This document shows, one piece after another, positions 27,217-36,504 of a stretch of DNA of 64,000 nucleotides. The DNA is from a virus. The notes below the pieces were generated by a model that was not told the DNA's origin, did not search any database, and saw nothing but the letters and a program-made list of their open reading frames with translations. Each line of letters starts with the position of its first letter. The first letter of the stretch is position 1. The position numbers and the translations under genes were made by a program. The stretch covers positions 46,244 through 110,243 of IMG/VR virus record IMGVR_UViG_3300010399_000033; one strand, 5' to 3'.

Positions 27217-30200
27217 ATGCTCGATCTCACCAAGGCAGCGAAGCGGCGCATACGCAGGCGTGCAATGCCTGCGATCTCGCGCACGCTGGTTGCGAGGGTC
27301 GCACAGCGCCGGAACGACGAGGTCGCGAGTGCGCGAGAGGCTGCGTACAAGACGATCTTCGCGCCGGCAGTTCACCCGCCGGGGTCGACGCCTGACAAGA
27401 CATTGGCGCAGGACGAAGCCATCGGCGAGTCGCTGGCGTGGTCGGCGGGCAATGCTGTAGCCGCAGCTGGTGCGATCGCAATGTCCTCGGCTTACGCCGA
27501 GGGGATGGCATTCCCCGGTTACGCCTACTTGTCGATGCTGGCGCAGCGGCCCGAATACCGCCGGATGTCGGAGATCCTGGCGCAGGAGATGACGCGTAAG
27601 TGGATCCGCCTGACCTCGTCCGCGTCGGACGACGACAAGCAGCGTGAGGTCAAGATCCGCCAGTTGGCTGACCTGATGGATCGAGTCAAGCTGCGCGATG
27701 CCTTCTGCACTGCTGCCGAGCATGACGGATACTTCGGACGAGGTCACCTGTTCATCGACACCGGCACCGAGGACGACAACGAGCTGAAGACGTCGATTGG
27801 TGATGGTCGCTCGGAGCAGTCCAAGACCAGGGTCGGAACCAAGAACCCGGTCCGCGCGATCCGTCCGGTCGAGCCGGTGTGGGCCTATCCGATCGATTAC
27901 AACAGCAACAATCCACTCAGCGCCAACTGGTATACGCCGAGCCGTTGGTACGTCATGGGCACTGAGACGCACGCCACGCGTCTGCTGACCTTCGCGAGCA
28001 GGCCGGTCCCCGACATGCTCAAGCCCGCCTATTCGTTCGGCGGACTCAGCCTGTCGCAGATGGCCAAGCCGTACGTCGACAATTGGCTGCGCACGCGCCA
28101 GTCGGTGTCGGACCTTGTCCACTCGTTCTCGGTTCAGGGGGTGAAGACCAATCTGCAGGATCTGCTGATGGCCGATGGCGATCAGCTGATGCGGCGGATC
28201 GAGCTGTTCAACCTGTGCCGCGACAACCGCGGTGCCATGCTGCTCGACAAGGAGACCGAGGAGTTCTTCAATGTCGTGACCCCGCTGGGCACGCTCGACC
28301 ACCTGCAGGCACAGGCGCAGGAGCAGATGTCGTCGGTGTCCGGCATTCCGGTGGTCAAGCTGTTCGGCATTACGCCGTCAGGCTTGAACGCTAGCTCAGA
28401 CGGCGAAGTGCGCACGTTTTACGACACCATCCTAGCCAAGCAGGAGCGGGTGTTCAGCTCACACCTGCGCACGGTGCTGTATTTCCTGCAGCTGTCGCTG
28501 TGGGACGAGGTCGATCCGTCGATCACCTTCAGCTGGGTGCCGCTGTGGTCGCTCGACGCAGCCGGCGAGGCCGGCGTGCGTGAGACCGAGGCGCGTACCG
28601 ACGCGACGCTGATCGATGCCGGTGTCATCCGTCCCGAGGAAAGCCGCAAGCGTGTGGCGTCCGATCCGTCCACGCCATACGCCTCGCTCGACGTCGACGA
28701 CGTGCCGATCGACCCGGCCAATGTCCCCGACCTGGAGGAGATTCCGCCGGACCTCGACGCCGCGGCTGGCGGTGGTGGCGGCAAGTCTGCGCCGGGCGGG
28801 AAAGGCAAAGGCGCGGGCGGAAAGCCGGCAGGGTCGCCGCAGGGCCCAGTCGACCATGACGAGGCGGTGCCGGAGCTTGGGGACGACGACGAGGAAGAAC
28901 TCGACGATCTGTCCGACATCATCCCCAAGACGCCGCGCGAGCTGCGCGAGCAGCGCCGGCCCATCCCGCCGGAGGACCGCACCGGTCTGCGCGCGACCCG
29001 CCCCCGCCCTCCCCGCGACGTGACCGCGCGCGATCTCCGCAATGACCGGCGTGCTGCCCGAGGCGCGAACCCGCGCGCTGCGATGGATGCCGAATTCAAG
29101 GAGTCGGACCACCCGCGGAAGGATGACGGTAAGTTTGGCTCTGGCAGCGGTGGAAGCGCCTCGGAACAAAAGAAGCACTACGTTCAGGACATCCCGACCA
29201 CACGTGAGCTTGATGCCTACCAGAAAAGCGTCGATGCGCGGGTGGGAGAAATCGAGGCGGCTGGTGAGGATCACCCGGACAACAGGGAATACGCAGCGCT
29301 TGCGCACATGGCGACGGTGCTGGATGACTACAAAGCCACGCCATTGTCGCAGAAAGCCAACACGCGTGCTGCGTTCCTCGCGGGCAATGGCGGTGTCTTG
29401 GCCGCTGCCGGCATCATGCGCAATGTGAAGAAGGGCGGCACTGCGGAGATCACCAATGTCGGAAGCCTGGAGAAGGGTGGCGGCACTCTGGTCATGCAGA
29501 AGCTGGTGTCGGCAGCACGTGAGAAAGGTGTGCGCGCGATCGATCTGACATCGGAAGCGCGCGAGTTCTACACGAAGCTTGGCTTCAAGCCGGTGGGCGG
29601 TGAGGGCAGCAGCAAGATGCGCCTGGCCCTAGACGAATCCAAGTTCAACGAGATGGACCATCCGCGTGATGCAGACGGCAAGTTCACCTCGGGCGGCGGC
29701 GGTGGCAAATCCGGCGGAGCTGATCCCGACGAGGTCAGCGCAGTCTCCAAGCTGGGAAAGACTATCCTGAGCAAAGCCAAGTCAGCTAAGACGGGCAATG
29801 AATTCTGGGAATCGTTGACCCAGTCCGAGACAGACCATATTGCGGACCATCCGGTGCTTGGGCCGATGCCTGTCGATGCGATATTCAAGCATGCACAGAA
29901 GGTGGATGTTGCATCCGTCAGCCAGTCGATCATTGACAAGGCCAAATTGGCCAAGACGGGAACGGAGTTTGCACAACAGCTGACCAGTGCCGAGATCCAG
30001 GAGCTTGTAGAGGATCCTAAGTACGAAAAGATGGACTGGCATGACATCATGGCGGACCTTGGCGCGGGGTCCAAGCCGGCGGTCAGCCAGGGGATCATGG
30101 ATAAGGTCGCGGCGGCGAGCAGCTGGAAGCAGTTTGCGAACTCGCTGAGCGACGAGCAGATGAACGAGATCGACGCAACGTTCGGCAAGGAGATGCCAAC

Positions 30201-32505
30201 GAAGGAGATCTTCGCGAAGCTTGGAGGCTCGACCGAGGACAAGCTCTCTCTCAGCCAGTCCATCATCGACAAGGCTAATGAGGAGGATAATGTCACCGGC
30301 TTTTTGAATTCGCTGACTGGGGAAGAGTTGACTGAGCTGGAAAAGAAGATTCCCGACTATGACAACATAAGCGGCGGGGAGATCCTGGCCCACGCGAAAA
30401 ACGCGATTGGCGAAGGCGCGAAGGAAGCTGCGGAGAGCATCAATCCGGACATCATGAACAGCACGCTCGGCTTCAAGAGTGTCAATGGGTGGACGTCGGC
30501 GCTGACCGATCAGGAGATCGATGAGCTGAAGAAGTTCTATCCGGACACGGCGACCGGCAGCCCCGAGTCAATCAAGGCTGTATTCGAGGACCTTAAGAAG
30601 AAGGCCGAGGCGGCGCAGGTGCCTCATACTGAGCAGGCAGGCGAGCAGCTTGTGGGTGGCAGCAAGGTGGCCGAGGAGGAGCCGGCCAAGAAGTACAGCT
30701 TCACATTCTCGTCTCCGGAGATGTATCAGCCGTCGTCCAACAAGCACGAGCACCTTGCCAAGTTCGAGAAGGTCATCAGTTCTGCAGCCAAGAACGATGG
30801 AAAGTACCGCGCTCTGCTCAAGAAGCTAATCGACGAGGCGCCGAAGTTTGGCAATGACGGACTGATCGATGGCCTCAAAGGCAAGATGATCGAGTCGTTC
30901 GAGAAGCTGAGTCAGTATTACAGCAACAAGGGCGACGCCGCGCAGGCGGACAAGATCAACGCCAAGGTCGCGCAGATGAAGGCTGCGCATACCAACGAGG
31001 CGGCGAAGTCTAAGCTGAACGCGGAAGTCGCCGCGATCCAGAATACGGAGAAAGCCGCGAAGCCTGCACCGGCCCCCGCGACGTTTGTTAAACCAAACTC
31101 GGCGGCGTTCAAGACCGATTTGGACACGATCGATGCCTCCGGCGGTAGCCACCATTACAAGGGCTTGGCGAAGGCGGTTGCCGGCGCGAGTCATGGCCTG
31201 AGCTTTGCGGACGTGCATGACTCGCTGACCAGCGAGGAGATCAAGGCGGTCAGTGAGAAGTTCGGTAGCGTGGAAACTGCATTTTACAGCGCGATCGACA
31301 ATCCAATTTCCATGTCAAAGGCGGTGCAGGCGTATGCGCCGAAGGGCGAGAAACCTGCCGCTGCTGAGACGAATAAGGCGGCCGAGAGCAGCGCGCCGAA
31401 AGTTCCGGCACCCAAGCTTAGTCAGGGTATCGTCGACAAAGCTAAGGAGATTAGCAATCCGAACAATTGGTACGTGCTGCTGAATGCCGCGCAGAAAAAT
31501 GAGGTGTGGGCGAAGTACACCGATGCAGACGGTGACATGACCCCGGCGATGAAGGTGCAGGCGCACGCGGATGCGGTTGCTGCATCGAAGGCGACATCGC
31601 AGCCTGAGGCGCCCGCGGAAGCTGCGAAGATTGAGGAGAAGAAGCCCGAACCCAAGAAGCCGTCCGGTATCGACCCTGAGCACATTCAGAGCAGCGTCGA
31701 ATCCTGGAAAGCCAACGAACTCAAGGGCGGCAATTGGGAAAAGGAGCAGATGAACAACCTGCTCAAGCAGGTCAAGGATCCGGCCAATAAGGCTGCCCTC
31801 GAGCAGAAGCTCAAGGACTCGCACGAGCTGACCGAGAAGAAGAAGAAGGCGAAGGAAGCCGAGATCCAGGAAGCACAGAAGAAGTATGCGGAGGAGCAGA
31901 AAGCTTCCAATGAGAAGAAGAAGAAAGAAGCTGAGAAGGCTCTGGCCGCGTACAGCAGCGACCCGATCGTTCATCGCCAGCTGAAAGCGGTTGCTGCCAT
32001 TGCCGGGCATGAGAATGTCGCGTCGATGATTGGATATGTGGAGCAGGCACACGCCAAAGCTAAGGGGGCCGGATACGAGGATATGAGCGGCCCCGAGGCA
32101 ATGGCGGTTCAGCTGTACAGTGAGTCGCACTATGCATCGCTCAATGAACAGCTGCGCCAAGGCGCAATGAATGAGAAGAACTACGAATTCAAGCTTGCGC
32201 TGTCATCGGCATTGCAGAAAATGCCGATCCATGCCGGAACGGTCAAGCGTGGAGCTTCTTTGAGTGCACAAGCTTTTGGGCTTTACAAGCCGGGCATGAT
32301 CATTGAAGAACGCGGATTCATGTCCACCTCGACTAACAAGCCGTTCAGTGGTAATTACCAATTCCATGTCGAGAGCAAGACCGGGCGGAATATCAAGAAG
32401 CTTTCTTCCCACTCTAGCGAGAACGAAGTCCTGTTCCCTGCTGGGACTCATTTCAAGGTGACCGAGATCGAAGGCACCACAATTCATATGGAGGAAATGA
32501 CATGA
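27217..32505 (+). CDS. Portal protein (DUF1073-type) fused to GNAT, helical repeats and a C-terminal ADP-ribosyltransferase
   Basis: Portal FPGYAYL..LAQRPEYR, H.TRL, GIP.VKLFGITPSGLNAS; GNAT GGGT.VM..L...A......I.L......FYTKLGF; ART VKRG...FMSTS...ENEVLFP. Confidence 0.9.
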   Translation: MLDLTKAAKRRIRRRAMPAISRTLVARVAQRRNDEVASAREAAYKTIFAPAVHPPGSTPDKTLAQDEAIGESLAWSAGNAVAAAGAIAMSSAYAEGMAFPGYAYLSMLAQRPEYRRMSEILAQEMTRKWIRLTSSASDDDKQREVKIRQLADLMDRVKLRDAFCTAAEHDGYFGRGHLFIDTGTEDDNELKTSIGDGRSEQSKTRVGTKNPVRAIRPVEPVWAYPIDYNSNNPLSANWYTPSRWYVMGTETHATRLLTFASRPVPDMLKPAYSFGGLSLSQMAKPYVDNWLRTRQSVSDLVHSFSVQGVKTNLQDLLMADGDQLMRRIELFNLCRDNRGAMLLDKETEEFFNVVTPLGTLDHLQAQAQEQMSSVSGIPVVKLFGITPSGLNASSDGEVRTFYDTILAKQERVFSSHLRTVLYFLQLSLWDEVDPSITFSWVPLWSLDAAGEAGVRETEARTDATLIDAGVIRPEESRKRVASDPSTPYASLDVDDVPIDPANVPDLEEIPPDLDAAAGGGGGKSAPGGKGKGAGGKPAGSPQGPVDHDEAVPELGDDDEEELDDLSDIIPKTPRELREQRRPIPPEDRTGLRATRPRPPRDVTARDLRNDRRAARGANPRAAMDAEFKESDHPRKDDGKFGSGSGGSASEQKKHYVQDIPTTRELDAYQKSVDARVGEIEAAGEDHPDNREYAALAHMATVLDDYKATPLSQKANTRAAFLAGNGGVLAAAGIMRNVKKGGTAEITNVGSLEKGGGTLVMQKLVSAAREKGVRAIDLTSEAREFYTKLGFKPVGGEGSSKMRLALDESKFNEMDHPRDADGKFTSGGGGGKSGGADPDEVSAVSKLGKTILSKAKSAKTGNEFWESLTQSETDHIADHPVLGPMPVDAIFKHAQKVDVASVSQSIIDKAKLAKTGTEFAQQLTSAEIQELVEDPKYEKMDWHDIMADLGAGSKPAVSQGIMDKVAAASSWKQFANSLSDEQMNEIDATFGKEMPTKEIFAKLGGSTEDKLSLSQSIIDKANEEDNVTGFLNSLTGEELTELEKKIPDYDNISGGEILAHAKNAIGEGAKEAAESINPDIMNSTLGFKSVNGWTSALTDQEIDELKKFYPDTATGSPESIKAVFEDLKKKAEAAQVPHTEQAGEQLVGGSKVAEEEPAKKYSFTFSSPEMYQPSSNKHEHLAKFEKVISSAAKNDGKYRALLKKLIDEAPKFGNDGLIDGLKGKMIESFEKLSQYYSNKGDAAQADKINAKVAQMKAAHTNEAAKSKLNAEVAAIQNTEKAAKPAPAPATFVKPNSAAFKTDLDTIDASGGSHHYKGLAKAVAGASHGLSFADVHDSLTSEEIKAVSEKFGSVETAFYSAIDNPISMSKAVQAYAPKGEKPAAAETNKAAESSAPKVPAPKLSQGIVDKAKEISNPNNWYVLLNAAQKNEVWAKYTDADGDMTPAMKVQAHADAVAASKATSQPEAPAEAAKIEEKKPEPKKPSGIDPEHIQSSVESWKANELKGGNWEKEQMNNLLKQVKDPANKAALEQKLKDSHELTEKKKKAKEAEIQEAQKKYAEEQKASNEKKKKEAEKALAAYSSDPIVHRQLKAVAAIAGHENVASMIGYVEQAHAKAKGAGYEDMSGPEAMAVQLYSESHYASLNEQLRQGAMNEKNYEFKLALSSALQKMPIHAGTVKRGASLSAQAFGLYKPGMIIEERGFMSTSTNKPFSGNYQFHVESKTGRNIKKLSSHSSENEVLFPAGTHFKVTEIEGTTIHMEEMT

Positions 32506-32894
32506 GCAAACCCAGGGACGAGTTCGTTGATCGGACGGATGAGGCGCCACCTCCCGGCATGCTGCCCGACGGCACGCTGAACGTGGTGGAGGAAGGTCCT
32601 CCCTCGCAGGAGGAGGTTGATGCTGATGACCTCAACGAGTACGACGAGCTGTTCGGTATCGGCGCAGGAGCAGAGACTAAGAAGGAACAGAACGAGGTCG
32701 GCTACGTTGGTCCGGACGGCGACCGGCCGAATGGACAGCGTTGCGATAAGTGCACGATGTTCGTTCGTGCAGCTGAGGATGCCTCCGATGATCCCGGCAC
32801 ATGCACCGCAGTCAATGGTCCGATCGACCCGGCCGGGTGGTGTGAGCTATACAAAGCCGAAAGTGAGAATGTGGGCGGGCTCCAAGAGGAGTGA
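32502..32894 (+). CDS. Acidic protein with a C-terminal HiPIP-like four-Cys domain
   Basis: QRCDKCTMF...CTAVNGPIDPAGWC; coupled to the portal-ART stop. Confidence 0.7.
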   Translation: MSKPRDEFVDRTDEAPPPGMLPDGTLNVVEEGPPSQEEVDADDLNEYDELFGIGAGAETKKEQNEVGYVGPDGDRPNGQRCDKCTMFVRAAEDASDDPGTCTAVNGPIDPAGWCELYKAESENVGGLQEE

Positions 32895-32899
32895 CGTCA

Positions 32900-33331
32900 A
32901 TGGCTGCTGCTTTCATGGACTTCCTTATCGTGGTCGTCGGCCTGGGTATCATCGTTGGGCTGATGTGGATCGCGCTCGATAAGATCGGAGGGTTCGATCC
33001 CTTCTTCGTGCAGATAGGCCGCTACGCTGTCGGCGGTGCAGCCGTCCCGCTGTTCCTGTACGCACTCAAGGGCGTGCTGTTCAGCGGCGGCCACGGCGTC
33101 ACCGTCACCCCCGGTGGGGTGTTGGAGTTTGGCATCGGCCTGATTATCATCCTTCTCGTCGTCTACCTGCTGTTCCTGCTGATCGATGCCTTCGTTCCGG
33201 CACCGTTCCAGGGTCCGGTGCGCTATATCGCCGGTGCGCTGGCCCTGATCGCTCTGATGTACGTCGCTGAGCAGGTGCTGGTTGGCGGCGGTCTGGGTCT
33301 GGGCCTGCAGCCCTTTCGACTCAGCCGCTGA
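32900..33331 (+). CDS. Four-TM membrane protein with an internal duplication
   Basis: Two similar hydrophobic hairpins (..RYAVGG.. / ..RYIAGA..). Confidence 0.7.
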   Translation: MAAAFMDFLIVVVGLGIIVGLMWIALDKIGGFDPFFVQIGRYAVGGAAVPLFLYALKGVLFSGGHGVTVTPGGVLEFGIGLIIILLVVYLLFLLIDAFVPAPFQGPVRYIAGALALIALMYVAEQVLVGGGLGLGLQPFRLSR

Positions 33332-33375
33332 CCCTGTTCCGTCAATCTGTCACGGATGCTAGAGAGGAGAACGAA

Positions 33376-33760
33376 TATGGACTTGGACTCTGATCTGAAG
33401 AGGCTGAATAATCGCGTCGCCGCGTTGGAAGCTGCGGCCATCGCGCCGGCAGCCGAGCTTCCGATGGTTCCCAAAACAGGAGTGGCGGCAACTTCGCCAT
33501 TCGACGATCGACTCGCGCAGCTAGAAGGTATGGTAGAGATGCTGGCCACGCATGTTCAGTCGCTGCAGGCTGAGCGGAGCGGGGTTGACGCGTTGGCCGA
33601 TCGCGTCACGGCGTTGGAGGAAGCGCGGAACGCTGTGGCGGCCGATGACGATGACACTGGCGAGGATCCCCTTGGGCTCGAAGCCGGGCCCGAGGGCGAA
33701 GGCGAGCCGCATGAGCGCGAGCACCTCAAGAAATCGAAGACGAAGAAGCACGGGAAGTAA
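33376..33760 (+). CDS. Coiled-coil hypothetical protein
   Basis: AGGAG RBS; RVAALE/RLAQLE/RVTALE repeats. Confidence 0.65.
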
Positions 33761-33765
33761 TTCCC

Positions 33766-34278
33766 ATGCTGTCCGACGCGGCGTCCGTCGCCCTGTTTGG
33801 GACCATCGCAGGATTGGCGACTACTGTGTCGCCAATCATCCTGGCTGTTCTCATGGGACGGCAGCGGCGTCGTGAAAAGGCGGATGACTACGCGCGACAG
33901 GACCAGGTCGCGGAGAAGGCGGCAGCTGCCAACTCGGCGGCTGCTGCGAAGGCCGCGGAAGTGGCTAGCTTGCTGCTGGCCGCAAATGAGCGGGTAGCGC
34001 GTCAGACGTCCGACTTGGCTGCAAAGACGAACTCCAAGATTGATCAGGTTCATGTATTGGTCAATTCCAACTACACACAGGAGATGGAAGCTCGGTTGGT
34101 TGCGCTTGATGCCCTGGTGGGGATGACCGAGGAGGTCGCACGTCTCAATCTGGCGGCAGGTGCGGAACCAACAGAAGCTTCTAAGATCGCATTGGAAAAC
34201 CTGAAACGCACGGCTGAGGGGCTGAGGAAGTCTCTTGCTGAGCGATCGTTGGCCACTGTGGCGGCGCAATTGCAATGA
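33766..34278 (+). CDS. N-terminal TM plus coiled-coil protein
   Basis: Hydrophobic N-terminus; VHVLVNSN motif. Confidence 0.65.
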   Translation: MLSDAASVALFGTIAGLATTVSPIILAVLMGRQRRREKADDYARQDQVAEKAAAANSAAAAKAAEVASLLLAANERVARQTSDLAAKTNSKIDQVHVLVNSNYTQEMEARLVALDALVGMTEEVARLNLAAGAEPTEASKIALENLKRTAEGLRKSLAERSLATVAAQLQ

Positions 34279-35057
34279 AGAATCCCAAGACACTGCGACC
34301 AGTGCAGCCGTCGGCGGGGATCCGCATCGACTATCAGCGCCGGCTGAAGAAACTGATCGACAAGATGCACGAAAGTGTAATTTATTGGCTTAGAGCGGCA
34401 TACCGCGCGGACACACCTCACCTCGCACGTGACGCCTCGCCGGCAACCGAGCTGCAGGCGGCAGTGAGACGTCTGGCCAGGCGGTGGATTAGGAACTGGA
34501 ATGACGCCGCGCCGAAGCTCGCCAAATGGTTCCTGCTCAGTGTGCAGCAGCGGTCGGATAGCACGCTGCATCGTATCCTCAAGGACCACGGCTTCAGCGT
34601 TCAATTCAAGATGACGCCGGAAATGCAGGACGCGTCCACGGCCGTGGTCAAGGCTAACGTGGCTTTGATCAAGTCGATCCCGCAAAAGTACTTCGGACAA
34701 ATCGAGCAGATCGTCATGCGGTCGGTGATGACCGGCCGCGACCTGCAGCAGGCGACGCGCGATTTGCAGCAGCAGTTTGGAGTAGCGCGTCGCCGCGCTG
34801 AGCTGATCGCTACTGACCAGAACAACAAGGCACACTCCGCACTCCAGCACATCAGGCAGCTACAACTGGGGATGACCGAGGGGATCTGGATCCATTCCGG
34901 CGGTGGACGTGAGCCACGGCCCGAACACGTTAAGATGGATGGCAAGCGTTACAAGCTTGCGGAAGGCATGTGGGATCCACATGAACGGAAGTACGTACAG
35001 CCAGGTGAGCTTATCCGGTGCAGATGCGTCCATAAAGCTGTGATCCCGGGGCTGTGA
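34275..35057 (+). CDS. MuF-like head morphogenesis protein (no toxin extension)
   Basis: LIKSIP..Y, RAELIATDQNNKA, W.H.....PRPEH..MDG, PGELIRCRC. Confidence 0.9.
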   Translation: MKNPKTLRPVQPSAGIRIDYQRRLKKLIDKMHESVIYWLRAAYRADTPHLARDASPATELQAAVRRLARRWIRNWNDAAPKLAKWFLLSVQQRSDSTLHRILKDHGFSVQFKMTPEMQDASTAVVKANVALIKSIPQKYFGQIEQIVMRSVMTGRDLQQATRDLQQQFGVARRRAELIATDQNNKAHSALQHIRQLQLGMTEGIWIHSGGGREPRPEHVKMDGKRYKLAEGMWDPHERKYVQPGELIRCRCVHKAVIPGL

Positions 35058-35060
35058 GCA

Positions 35061-35270
35061 ATGCGATGCAGCTACTGTGGATCTAGGCGTCATTCTCTGG
35101 CGTTGTGTCCGAAGACTCATGAGGGCTCTGCTGCCCGCCTTCATCTTCGCTGCGATTATTGTGGTGCTCGCGACCACGATTGTGCAGCATGCCCGAAAAC
35201 AGCGGGCGGTACGGATCGCCGTTCGGGGAAAGTAGACGATCACTTCGTTCTGGATAGAGGACGACGTTGA
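35061..35270 (+). CDS. Tandem CCHC zinc-knuckle protein
   Basis: Two exact CX2CX4HX4C motifs. Confidence 0.7.
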   Translation: MRCSYCGSRRHSLALCPKTHEGSAARLHLRCDYCGARDHDCAACPKTAGGTDRRSGKVDDHFVLDRGRR

Positions 35271-35794
35271 TGGGACTCATGATTGAGGCTCCGGACCGTG
35301 GTCCAATTCCACGTCACTCCGTTCTCACACTGCGGTGCGACGTTCATCCAGGCGGCTTTTTCTCAGCACCGCGTGAGCAGACGTTCACGCGCGGCTGTTT
35401 CACGGATCAGTACAGCGATGCGATGCAGGCGGGGTGGAAGGAAGTCTTCAGAAGTGATCGATTGTTCCTCTGCCCTGAATGTAGCGGCAAGCCGGGAGAT
35501 GGAGCTGTACGACAGTCTGCACCGACGCAGCAGGGAAGCTCTGGACAACATGCCCGTAGGCATCGCGTTGGGAAGCTTGCCAGCAACCGTCATGTTTTGG
35601 GGGCGGAAAGCGCCGACACGGTTCGTCGGATGGATCGAAAAGAAGCTACAAGATCGCGACGACGCTAGAACGCTGTACGGACGCGCAGGACTGGACCCAC
35701 ATCGTTGTGCAGGGCTGATGCGATCGCGCGTTGATTACGCGGCCATCGTGCCTCGTCGCCAAATCCCGATTTCCCTGAAGAAGGAGAGGCTGTC

Positions 35795-36121
35795 GTGACA
35801 CCTCGGCTATTCCCTATCCTGTACCCCAGTCACGAGCTGAAGGACGACGTGTCGCGCTTGTGTCGAGCCGGTCACGCGTTTCTTCTGACCGGCTTTCCAT
35901 GGGATCTGCTGGCCGCGCATGAGGAGCAGGCAATCAAGAATCACGGCCAATCGTTGGCACGCCTTGCTGAGCGCGGTGGACTTGATCCTGAGGAAATGCT
36001 GGCTGTGATGCAGGATCGTGGCGTGCGCTGGCACGGCCTATCAGTGGTCGAGGCGCAGACAGAGCTGTTGAAGATCCTGGTGCGTTCCGGCATGGTGCCG
36101 AGCATCTTCTCTCCTGCATAA
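35795..36121 (+). CDS. Hypothetical phage protein
   Basis: PW.LLA.HEEQA.KNHGQSL.RLAERGGL motif; AGGAG RBS. Confidence 0.7.
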   Translation: MTPRLFPILYPSHELKDDVSRLCRAGHAFLLTGFPWDLLAAHEEQAIKNHGQSLARLAERGGLDPEEMLAVMQDRGVRWHGLSVVEAQTELLKILVRSGMVPSIFSPA

Positions 36122-36207
36122 ATGAAACGGTGGAAAACGTGCATAGCTCTGCTATCGGAAGATTCATTATTGGTCTGTCCCCCATTTCGGGCAGTGAGGA
36201 GAAGTCC

Positions 36208-36489
36208 ATGACTACGGTTTACACGGGCCAGACAGTAATGAGCATGGTCACCCTATCTGGTACTGCGGGAACCGCCCTGACGGCGCCGGGGACGCTTGCG
36301 GGCGATGCGGTGATGCAGGCTTTCGACCTGGTCTCGGGTGCGGATGTGCAGGCTGTGTTGGCGCCTCGCGTACCGGCAGATGGAAAGCTAATGCAGTTGA
36401 CGGCGGACGAGTCTGGTCATTTGGCTCTGGTATTGCTTCGTCGCATGGTGCCGGTTGAGCAGGTGATTGAGCTGGTTCCGGCGATCTGA
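36208..36489 (+). CDS. Hypothetical protein, possibly virion-associated
   Basis: GAGGAG RBS. Confidence 0.55.
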   Translation: MTTVYTGQTVMSMVTLSGTAGTALTAPGTLAGDAVMQAFDLVSGADVQAVLAPRVPADGKLMQLTADESGHLALVLLRRMVPVEQVIELVPAI

Positions 36490-36504
36490 TCCTTCGGGAC
36501 TTCA

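Noticed and set aside
27217-28700. Anti-CBASS Acb1 annotation sometimes attached to DUF1073 proteins
   Set aside because: No 2H phosphoesterase HxT/S pair was recognised. Position and motifs fit a portal.
32900-34278. Lysis cassette (holin/spanin)
   Set aside because: Membrane proteins are present, but no endolysin or lipobox was recognised nearby.
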